Shown here: positions 29,672 to 37,560 of the stretch, piece by piece
Numbering within the stretch: position 1 is the first letter of the stretch
Layout: each line of letters starts with the position of its first letter
Source: Oligoflexales bacterium
GTDB lineage: Bacteria; Bdellovibrionota_B; Oligoflexia; Oligoflexales; RGVZ01
Reading direction: 5' to 3'
Assembly: GCA_947445775.1 (NCBI GenBank)
Contig: CANFEB010000009.1
Location: 403 to 64,402 of the forward strand
DNA length: 64,000 bases
Made by a program: the position numbers and the translations under genes
Notes under the pieces: generated by a model
Database searches by the model: none
The model's input: the letters and a program-made list of their open reading frames with translations, nothing else
Told to the model about the DNA's origin: nothing

Positions 29672-29974
29672 TCAACCGCGCAACAGTCGCAAGAAGTCAG
29701 TGTTTACAGTGCCGTAGCGCCGGAAAAGAGCAATCACCATCGCCAGGCCAACGGCCGCCTCACAAGCAGCAACCGTGATCACAAACAAAACCATGATCTG
29801 CCCATCGACCTGGCCCAATTGGCGGGATGCTGCGACAAAAATAATGTTGACGGCATTGAGCATGAGTTCAATCGACATCAAGACCATAATGAGGTTGCGA
29901 CGGAACATAACCCCGGCCAAACCACACAGGAACACCAGCGAGGACAATATAAAATAATTCTCAACAGCCACCAT
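29672..29974 (-). CDS. nuoK: NADH-quinone oxidoreductase subunit K
   Basis: 100 aa, three TM segments, ND4L-like (…[11 protein letters not shown]…[10 protein letters not shown]…). Confidence 0.92.
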   Translation of the reverse strand: MVAVENYFILSSLVFLCGLAGVMFRRNLIMVLMSIELMLNAVNIIFVAASRQLGQVDGQIMVLFVITVAACEAAVGLAMVIALFRRYGTVNTDFLRLLRG

Positions 29975-29977
29975 GAC

Positions 29978-30553
29978 TCAGTTTCCTCCGCTCGATTGGA
30001 TGTGGCCCTTCAAGCCGGATTTTTTATCCTTTTTAGCCACCATGACGCAGGCCACGATTGCCAACAAAATCAGGACCGACGCAATTTCAAATGGCCATAA
30101 AAAGGCGGTGAACATTCGCATGCCGACGACAAAAGTATTTCCGCCTGCCAGTTCGATTGCCGCCGCACCCAGATTTCCAGGAGACGCGATGTCGGGGGGC
30201 GCGTGCGCTAGTTCTGTAGCGATGATAACGAACCCTGTGAGGGTTATCAGCAGCACTAGGGCCTCGCCAACGGTGAAGCGAAAACCCCGCAGTGCTTCGG
30301 GCTTCAAATTCAAAAGCATGATCACAAAAACAAACAAAACGACAATCGCACCGGCATAGACCAGAACTTGGACTGCGGCGGTAAAGTCCGCACCCAAAGA
30401 GGCGTAGAGAGCCGCGACAAAAAACAAATCCACCACCAGAAAGATTGCGCTGGTGATTGGGTTGCGCGAAGCAACCACCATGACCGACGACACCAGAACC
30501 ATTCCAGAGATGATGTAAAACAGTATTTCCGGCATCAAGTTCAGCGCTTCCAC
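29978..30553 (-). CDS. nuoJ: NADH-quinone oxidoreductase subunit J
   Basis: 191-aa ND6-like protein. GTG start overlaps the nuoH stop (TAGTG). Confidence 0.88.
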   Translation of the reverse strand: MEALNLMPEILFYIISGMVLVSSVMVVASRNPITSAIFLVVDLFFVAALYASLGADFTAAVQVLVYAGAIVVLFVFVIMLLNLKPEALRGFRFTVGEALVLLITLTGFVIIATELAHAPPDIASPGNLGAAAIELAGGNTFVVGMRMFTAFLWPFEIASVLILLAIVACVMVAKKDKKSGLKGHIQSSGGN

Positions 30554-31686
30554 TATTTAAACCTCAACACGGCAAGCACAACGGCGGTCCCGACCACATT
30601 GGCCAGGCCGATTGGCAGCATGAACTTCCAACCAAGAGACATCAGCTGGTCATAACGAAAGCGCGGTAAAGTCCAGCGGACCCAAATGTAAACCCACATG
30701 AAAAAGCTAGCCTTGAGGAGCAGCATCATTATCCCGGCCAAAGCCGCGATATTGGGAGATCCAGCAAGGGCCACAATGGTTTCGTAGGGGACAAAGGGAA
30801 CTTGCCAGCCGCCAAAGAAAACCGTCGCGGCCAGGCACGACAAAACAAACATCGAAACGTATTCGCCGAGGAAAAACGCTGCGAACTTGGCCGAATTATA
30901 TTCAGTGTGAAAACCGGCCACCAGTTCGCCCTCGGCTTCTGCGAGGTCAAACGGAGCGCGGTTGGTCTCGGCAAACATGCAGATCAAAAAGATCATAAAT
31001 GAAAATGGGGCGGCAAAAACACCCCAGTGGATCAACGAAGTTTGCGCCTCGACGATTTTTCCGAGGTCAAGAGTCCCGTAGATCAGCACGATCGGAATTA
31101 GCGACATGCCCAGTGGAATCTCGTAGCTAATCATCTGAGCCGAAGCCCTCAGCGATCCCATAAGGGAATACTTGTTGTTACTGGCCCAACCAGCAAGAGA
31201 TACGCCGTACACGGCCAAACTGGAGATCGCCAAAATGAACAAGAAACCAACATCAAGGCGCACAACGCTCAACGGTATTTTGTGACCAAAAACCAGTAAG
31301 TCGGGGCCATACGGAATTGCACATGCGACAAGAAACGCTGGGAATACGCAAAACACCGGCGCCAAATGATAAAAAACCTTATGGGCTCCGTCCGGGACGA
31401 CTTCTTCTTTGAAAATCAATTTAATCGTGTCTGCCAGAGACTGCATCAAACCGTAAAGGCGCCACTTGAAAAAACCCACGCGGTTCGGACCCCTGCGGCG
31501 CTGCATCAACGCAGGGACGCGGCGCTCAATCCAAACCAGAAGGGGCGGCAATTGAAGGAGGCCGCCGACTAGAATGGCGAACTTCACCGCAAACGCCACA
31601 AGGCCGACGGTAAAGTCGTTCCATTCAACGAGAGCCGGCAGGGACGCCAGAAATTCAAGGAACGTAAGGTCGACACCCAAATTCAT
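30553..31686 (-). CDS. nuoH: NADH-quinone oxidoreductase subunit H
   Basis: ND1-like motifs ERRVPALMQRRRGPNRVG and FAETNRAPFDLAEAEGELVAGFHTEY. Confidence 0.95.
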   Translation of the reverse strand: MNLGVDLTFLEFLASLPALVEWNDFTVGLVAFAVKFAILVGGLLQLPPLLVWIERRVPALMQRRRGPNRVGFFKWRLYGLMQSLADTIKLIFKEEVVPDGAHKVFYHLAPVFCVFPAFLVACAIPYGPDLLVFGHKIPLSVVRLDVGFLFILAISSLAVYGVSLAGWASNNKYSLMGSLRASAQMISYEIPLGMSLIPIVLIYGTLDLGKIVEAQTSLIHWGVFAAPFSFMIFLICMFAETNRAPFDLAEAEGELVAGFHTEYNSAKFAAFFLGEYVSMFVLSCLAATVFFGGWQVPFVPYETIVALAGSPNIAALAGIMMLLLKASFFMWVYIWVRWTLPRFRYDQLMSLGWKFMLPIGLANVVGTAVVLAVLRFK

Positions 31687-31711
31687 TTAAAATTCCTCGA
31701 GCTCAATGACT

Positions 31712-32065
31712 TCAATCCCATTCGAGCGCCCCGCGCTTGAGAACGTAGATGTATCCAACAACGAGAACCAGAACAAACATGGCCACTTCCACAACACCCA
31801 ACCACCCAAGCTGATCAAAGGTGCGGGCCCACAAATAAAGGAAAACAGTTTCAATATCGAATAGAATAAAGAGGATGGCGGTCAGGTAAAACTTGACGCT
31901 CATTTTTTCCGAGCCGGAGGTAACCTTGGGAACCCCGCACTCGTAGGGGTCCATTTTCTCCTTGAGATACTTCTTGGGCCCCAAAAAGGCGGCGAGGCCC
32001 GACAAGATGCTGCCGAGCAGAACTCCAAAGATTAAAACGATGATTACTGGTATATATGGATTCAT
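31712..32065 (-). CDS. nuoA: NADH-quinone oxidoreductase subunit A
   Basis: ND3-like motif (…YECG…FDIETVFLY…). An ATG at 32065 gives a typical 117-aa size; the maximal TTG-initiated ORF reaches 32092. Confidence 0.88.
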   Translation of the reverse strand: MNPYIPVIIVLIFGVLLGSILSGLAAFLGPKKYLKEKMDPYECGVPKVTSGSEKMSVKFYLTAILFILFDIETVFLYLWARTFDQLGWLGVVEVAMFVLVLVVGYIYVLKRGALEWD

Positions 32066-32091
32066 AACCTTCTGCCTTGAAGGAGATTTCA

Positions 32092-33129
32092 ATGACTACA
32101 TCTGTAACCGGCGACCGTATTCTGATCATGGGCGCAGGCAATTTTGGAACATGCCTAGCGCAACACCTTGCAGAAAAAGGTCACCGGGTGACACTGTGGG
32201 CAAGATCACCAGAAATTGCCGCAAGCATCAACCAAAACCGAAAAAATCCTAAATACTTGACCGCACTGACCTTATCACCGCGCATTAGCGCGATCAACAA
32301 CATCACTAACGAGATTGTTTCCGAACACCGCATCATCGTTCTGGCCACCGCTGCGCAAGCCCTGACTCCGGTGCTCAAAAAATTAGCAGAATTCGGTGTC
32401 ACCCCTGATCACATCATCATCTGCGCAGCCAAGGGCATCGAACTTTCGACGATGCGACTGCCAGGGGCCACCATTTCAGATTTGCTTGGTTCCGAGATCG
32501 GCCAGAAAGCGGTGTTTCTTTCTGGACCGAGCTTTGCCTCTGAGGTCGCGACCCACCAGCCGACGGCCCTGGTTGCGGCGAGCCATGACGCCACGCGCGC
32601 CCAAATGGTCCAGGCTCTGTTTCACGCCCCCCAATTTCGCGTCTACACCAGCAACGATCCCTTGGGGGTTGAACTGGCAGGGGCACTTAAAAATGTCATC
32701 GCCATTGCGGCAGGCGCCGCTGTTGGGCTTGGTTTTCAAATGAACACCCGCGCCGCCCTCATCACCCGGGGCCTGGCTGAAATGCGCCGCATTGGGGTTG
32801 CCTTGGGGGCAAATCCGTTGACGTTCGAGGGCCTTGCCGGAGTCGGCGATCTATTCCTGACTTGCACTTCGGAAAAAAGCCGAAATTTTCAAGTCGGATT
32901 TCGCATGGGCCGGGGCGAAAGGATCCAAGCGATTTTGGATAGTCTTGGTTCCGTCTCAGAAGGCTACGCAACCACGATGGCTGCCCGGGACCTGGCCCGC
33001 AAACTCGGCGTTGACGCGCCAATCACTGAGGCTGCCTATCAAGTCCTTTATGAGTCGCATCCCATCGCCCAGGCCGTCATGGGGCTACTGACCCGTGACG
33101 CCAAGCCTGAAATCGATAGCATAAAATGA
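32092..33129 (+). CDS. gpsA: NAD(P)H-dependent glycerol-3-phosphate dehydrogenase
   Basis: N-terminal Rossmann motif ILIMGAGNFGT and the GPSFA and GLAGVGDL motifs. AAGGAG SD upstream of the ATG at 32092. Confidence 0.9.
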   Translation: MTTSVTGDRILIMGAGNFGTCLAQHLAEKGHRVTLWARSPEIAASINQNRKNPKYLTALTLSPRISAINNITNEIVSEHRIIVLATAAQALTPVLKKLAEFGVTPDHIIICAAKGIELSTMRLPGATISDLLGSEIGQKAVFLSGPSFASEVATHQPTALVAASHDATRAQMVQALFHAPQFRVYTSNDPLGVELAGALKNVIAIAAGAAVGLGFQMNTRAALITRGLAEMRRIGVALGANPLTFEGLAGVGDLFLTCTSEKSRNFQVGFRMGRGERIQAILDSLGSVSEGYATTMAARDLARKLGVDAPITEAAYQVLYESHPIAQAVMGLLTRDAKPEIDSIK

Positions 33130-34418
33130 CCCCCGCACGCACCCCCTTCACCGATCCAAAGGCTGCCATTTTAGCCATTGGCACTGAGGTCACCAGCGGC
33201 GAGATCGTCAACAGCAACGCCTCGTGGCTGGCAGAGAATCTTGAATCCTGCGGCATCAATGTCCCTCTGCACATGGCGGTTCCTGACGACCGCGTGGCTA
33301 TCTTGGATGCTCTTGTTTTTGCCGCCGCCCGCGTGAATTTCATATTCACCATTGGCGGTCTCGGTCCGACCACCGACGATTTCACCCGTGACGTGATCAC
33401 GGAATGGGCGGGGCTAAAAACTGACTTTGATGCTCCGTCATGGCAGCGCATCGCGTTACGATTTGAAAAACTTGGAATCACAGCCCCAGATTCAAACCGC
33501 CAGCAGTGTTTTTTTCCAAAAAGTAGCCGGATTCATCTCAATACCCACGGCTCGGCCAACGGCTTTTCAGTGACCACAAACGGCGTGCAGCTCACGGCCC
33601 TGCCCGGCCCGCCCCGTGAACTTCAAGGCATCTGGAATGAGCACCTCGGCGCAGAATTCAAGGTCCTCGGCAACCGCTCCGCAAAACCTCGCCTGCATAC
33701 GTGGACGTGCCTCGGCGTTCCCGAATCCACTCTTGCAGAGCAAGTTGAGGCCGTCATGGAGGGCAGCGGATTGCAACTCGGCTACCGTGCCTCCGCGCCC
33801 CTCGTTCACGTCAAGGTCTGGGTGCCCCATGAGATCCCCGCGCCCGCTGCGCCGGCTCAGGATACGATTTCGCTGAAAAATCGGCGCTTTTTCAGCGAAA
33901 TCTATTTAAAAAAGCTCGACGCGGCATTGGCTCCCGTCTGCGTTGCTCGGGATGGGGCCGATCATCTCAAAAATTTGAAGGCGAAACTTGCAAGCCATCA
34001 CGGTCGCAGCGTAATTTTGCTTCGCCTTCACGACAACGTCACCGACGGCATGCTTGCAAACCGGTTGGCCGAGCTTCTGCGACCCCTTGAAATTCCATTC
34101 TCGATGCTTTCAAATTCTGGGATTTTAAATTCAAACATGTCGGACTTCGTCATCCCGAGCGCAGGGAAGGACCCTTTCTTGGCAGGCGCAAGGTCCAATT
34201 CAGAACATGGACATAACAGTGAACTTCGCATCGACTTGATTTCCGGCAGCGAAGGCCCAAGCCTGCATGTCGCCTGGGGTGCGCTTGCAGATTCACGAAC
34301 CTATTTGTCGCCTCCACTGCCTGCAGCTAGCGATCTCCTGCAAATAAATCGCACGCGCCTGCTGTTGACCGAACGCGTGTTGATCGACCTTGGTCACATC
34401 ATCTCTTTGTCGCAATGA
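33126..34418 (+). CDS. CinA-like protein (N-terminal MoCF-biosynthesis/MoaB-like domain, divergent C-terminal region)
   Basis: N-terminus AILAIGTEVTSGEIVNSNASWLAENL ... IFTIGGLGPTTDDFT is typical of CinA. ATGA overlap with gpsA. Confidence 0.7.
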   Translation: MTPARTPFTDPKAAILAIGTEVTSGEIVNSNASWLAENLESCGINVPLHMAVPDDRVAILDALVFAAARVNFIFTIGGLGPTTDDFTRDVITEWAGLKTDFDAPSWQRIALRFEKLGITAPDSNRQQCFFPKSSRIHLNTHGSANGFSVTTNGVQLTALPGPPRELQGIWNEHLGAEFKVLGNRSAKPRLHTWTCLGVPESTLAEQVEAVMEGSGLQLGYRASAPLVHVKVWVPHEIPAPAAPAQDTISLKNRRFFSEIYLKKLDAALAPVCVARDGADHLKNLKAKLASHHGRSVILLRLHDNVTDGMLANRLAELLRPLEIPFSMLSNSGILNSNMSDFVIPSAGKDPFLAGARSNSEHGHNSELRIDLISGSEGPSLHVAWGALADSRTYLSPPLPAASDLLQINRTRLLLTERVLIDLGHIISLSQ

Positions 34419-34426
34419 GTTAAGGC

Positions 34427-34807
34427 TCAAGGCCCGTTCAGAAAAGCATGCAACGCCGGAATCTCGGCTGCAAGGTGAGGGAAAACAGGCATCCCTGCGC
34501 TGGGGCGCTTGGGCTTGTAGCCATCAGGATAGGTGCCTTTGATTAAACGCCCTTCCAAAAGTTCCAGCGAACTGCCGTAAACTGCTGGCCCGACGGCTCC
34601 AACAAGCTTGGGATCTGGATTGTGGCAGGCGATGCAATTGCCCGCGTAAACAGTCTTACCCCGCGCACTAAGATTCGGGGCCAAAGTTGAAGTTGATGAC
34701 GAGGGTGATGATGAACAGCGGCAGCCAGACAGAAGGCCAACTGCCGCTGCCATCAAAACTATACCAAAAAGTTGATGGCTCCGCTCAGGCACCCACCATG
34801 ACCTCAA
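34427..34807 (-). CDS. Class I c-type cytochrome, lipoprotein-anchored
   Basis: Lipobox LLSGC, a single heme motif CIACH and a distal Met (GMPVF). Confidence 0.8.
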   Translation of the reverse strand: MRSWWVPERSHQLFGIVLMAAAVGLLSGCRCSSSPSSSTSTLAPNLSARGKTVYAGNCIACHNPDPKLVGAVGPAVYGSSLELLEGRLIKGTYPDGYKPKRPSAGMPVFPHLAAEIPALHAFLNGP

Positions 34808-35513
34808 CCAGCAGGTACAAAACCACAGTCAATCCCATACCGGCATGAATCACGCCCTTGACGGTTGCCAGAGGGCCAAGCTTAGAACCTTTGACGGCGT
34901 TGAACTGGATCGCGCCAAGCAGCAATGCCAACACCAACGACAGGGCCCCGAAGCCCGTCTCAGACTTGAGTTGCAGGGGCAAGTGCGAAGCCGCACCCAT
35001 GAAAAACAGCATCGGGATCGAAAACAAGGTGTTCGTCCGGGACGCCAGCATCGCGCGAGCACCGGCGGCAGCGGCCGTGGGCAAAGATGGCTGACCCTGG
35101 GCCACGGCGGTGGTCGATGCGATCACGATTTTCTGGTTCGGCCAGATCACCAACCAAACATTTAGGAACATAAGTGTGGCCAGGGCAGACCCGGTCAGGA
35201 TGTTCACTCCCCATGATGTCTTGTAGATCTCATGGCCGTTCATATGGCCGTACATGCCCAGCATGATCACGCCCGTAATAAACGTAAACATGGCGCCCCA
35301 ACGAAACCACCAAAGGGCGCGTGGAACGAGTTTTTGGATGTTGTTGGACTTGGTCGGGCCGTCCATTTCTGCAAAAGCAGGCATCTGGGTGAAGTTGAAA
35401 TAATAAAGGTGGCCAATCCAAACAATCCCGAAAATGAAGTGAAACCATTTGACCAGATAGTAAATTCCCATGGTTTCAAAAATCGACAAGCTCACGTGGG
35501 CCTCCTGCAGCAT
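34785..35513 (-). CDS. Membrane protein resembling the N-terminal membrane domain of urate hydroxylase PuuD (Urate_ox_N-like)
   Basis: KWFHFIFGIVWIGHLYYFNF and WWFRWGAMFTFITGVIML resemble the PuuD N-domain pattern from memory. About 5-6 TM segments. Overlaps the downstream cytochrome c gene by 23 nt. The start is uncertain (ATG 35513 or GTG 35495). Confidence 0.5.
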   Translation of the reverse strand: MLQEAHVSLSIFETMGIYYLVKWFHFIFGIVWIGHLYYFNFTQMPAFAEMDGPTKSNNIQKLVPRALWWFRWGAMFTFITGVIMLGMYGHMNGHEIYKTSWGVNILTGSALATLMFLNVWLVIWPNQKIVIASTTAVAQGQPSLPTAAAAGARAMLASRTNTLFSIPMLFFMGAASHLPLQLKSETGFGALSLVLALLLGAIQFNAVKGSKLGPLATVKGVIHAGMGLTVVLYLLVEVMVGA

Positions 35514-35681
35514 CTAGATGAATTCAAAGCTGGCCCAAAGCAGGCGCCAGCGAACAGCCTCCCTCAGTGATAACGCACTGGAACTATTGATGCAACCAAG
35601 GTATGTGGCGGATGACGAGAATTCGTGTTGCCGCGTGTATGCTCCCAAAAAAGCTCCCATGAGTCCGAGAGAGGTTTTCCT

Positions 35682-36452
35682 ATGTTTGCCATCGCTAATT
35701 TTTACCGCTTTGTATCTTTGGAGAACTTGCCGGAAATCAAGTCCGCCATCGAACACCTAGCCGGCGAAAAAGGCCTCTTTGGCACAGTCCTCCTGGGAAG
35801 CGAGGGAATCAATGCGGGCTTGGCTGGGTCCAACCCGGAAGTCCTCGCCGAGGTTGTCCGCGCCCTTGGCAACATTCATCCGGGGCTGGCCAACCTTGAA
35901 CCAAAAATTACGCTGGGCGATTCCCAACCCTACAAATGGCTTGAAGTTAAGGTCAAAAAATCCATCGTTACTTTTGCTGGAGACGCCGACCCTGACATCG
36001 AGGCCATTCATTCCGCACCGCACCTGACCCCAGCCCAATTTGACCAACTCATGGCGGAAAAATCCAAAGAAGTCGTCGTGGTCGATACCCGCAATGATTA
36101 CGAATACCAGTACGGTCATTTCGAGGGGGCGGTGGACCTCGGCATCAAAAGCTTCAAAGATTTCCCGAAAGCCTTTCTCGACCGCTACAGCGACGCTAAA
36201 GACCAGACCTACGTCTTTTTTTGCACGGGCGGAATTCGCTGCGAAAAGGCTGTACCTTGGGCCAATGCCCGGGGTTTCAAAAACGTGTTCCAAATCGAAG
36301 GCGGTATTCTCAAATATTTGGAACACCATAAAAATCAAGCCAGCGCACCTGCAGACCGGTCACGCTACGAGGGCAACTGCTTTGTCTTCGACCAACGCTG
36401 GGCAATTGACGAGCAACTTTCCGAGGCCAGCCACGAACCCCCAAAGTCATAA
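35682..36452 (+). CDS. trhO: Rhodanese-domain tRNA uridine(34) hydroxylase TrhO (YceA/UPF0176 family)
   Basis: N-terminus FYRFV...GTVLLGSEGINAGLAG and the rhodanese active-site loop FFCTGGIRCEKA. Confidence 0.85.
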   Translation: MFAIANFYRFVSLENLPEIKSAIEHLAGEKGLFGTVLLGSEGINAGLAGSNPEVLAEVVRALGNIHPGLANLEPKITLGDSQPYKWLEVKVKKSIVTFAGDADPDIEAIHSAPHLTPAQFDQLMAEKSKEVVVVDTRNDYEYQYGHFEGAVDLGIKSFKDFPKAFLDRYSDAKDQTYVFFCTGGIRCEKAVPWANARGFKNVFQIEGGILKYLEHHKNQASAPADRSRYEGNCFVFDQRWAIDEQLSEASHEPPKS

Positions 36453-36457
36453 CGACT

Positions 36458-37453
36458 TCAGCTTTTTGCAAACTCAATAAATCGCCTCACGATAACTCCA
36501 ACGGGCTCGATTTTAGCGATGCCATCGACGCTTTTACCTGCCTGCCAAAAGTCCTTGTAGGCAGACCCTTTGTGCAAAGACTTCTTCAGTTGCCAGATCG
36601 ACTTCAGGGTATAAAACATGCGCATCCAGTGCTTGGTGCGCGAGTTTTTGAGCAACGCCCTCACAACGGGCCCAGCCTTCAGTCCCATGCTCGCAATAAA
36701 GGGCGTATTAATCACCGACACCGGAACGCCACTGATTTTTTCTGTGGCCACGATATCAGCGGAACTCGCCCGCAGTATTGCGTCTTTGTAATCTTGGTGG
36801 GCCTTGCATTCGGCCGCGGCAATAAATCGCGTGCCCATTTGAACACCTGAGTAACCCATCTTCAGAGCCCGGACAAAGTCCTGCTCGTTGCCAATACCCC
36901 CGGCACATATCAAAGGTTTGCCAAAATCGCGCAACGTCTCCACGAGCCTTTCCGGACTCTCACTGCCCAGGTGCCCGCCGGCCCGGTTGTTGACGCAGAT
37001 AAGCCCGTCAATATCGCTCTCGAGGGCTTTTTCAGTCCATTTCCGGTTGACGACATCGTGATAGACGACCCCGCCAAGTGGCTTCACCCGCTCAACGACC
37101 CAACGAGGATTGCCCAGGGCGGTGATGAAAAAACGCACACCTTCCTCTATGGCTATATCTAGCCATCCCCTCATCAGGTCTTCATAGCGTTTTGCTGATT
37201 TTTCGAGCAAAAGGTTAAAACCGATCGGCTTTGCGGTCAGGGTTCTGATATGGCGGATGCCCGCCCTAAAATCAAAACCATGAACAAAAGTCAATGAAAT
37301 CGGTTGGATAATGCCGATTGCTCCGGCCTCAGATGCCGCCGCAATCAGCTCTGGATTGCTGCACGGGTACATGGCGCCGCAAATAATCGGGTAGGCTATT
37401 CTTGCGTGCCTTGTGAAATCGGTTTCAAGAATAACCGTTTTTTGGTCCAACAT
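36458..37453 (-). CDS. Nitronate monooxygenase family FMN oxidoreductase (NMO/FabK-like)
   Basis: YPIICGAMYPCSNPELIAAASEAGAIGII and GGIGNEQD...GYSGVQMGTRF motifs. ATG at 37453 with a GGGAGG SD. Confidence 0.8.
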   Translation of the reverse strand: MLDQKTVILETDFTRHARIAYPIICGAMYPCSNPELIAAASEAGAIGIIQPISLTFVHGFDFRAGIRHIRTLTAKPIGFNLLLEKSAKRYEDLMRGWLDIAIEEGVRFFITALGNPRWVVERVKPLGGVVYHDVVNRKWTEKALESDIDGLICVNNRAGGHLGSESPERLVETLRDFGKPLICAGGIGNEQDFVRALKMGYSGVQMGTRFIAAAECKAHQDYKDAILRASSADIVATEKISGVPVSVINTPFIASMGLKAGPVVRALLKNSRTKHWMRMFYTLKSIWQLKKSLHKGSAYKDFWQAGKSVDGIAKIEPVGVIVRRFIEFAKS

Positions 37454-37560
37454 GGTTTGATAACCTCCCGTCCCCTGGTGGTGGATGTCCAACATCGAAA
37501 TGACGATGCCGCCTTTCCAGTGTACCGGGTTGAATGCATTTTTCGATAATGAGGAACTAA

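Noticed and set aside
35757-36338. 193-aa ORF antisense to trhO
   Set aside because: It is fully embedded in the TrhO frame, which carries clear family motifs, and shows no SD or motifs of its own.
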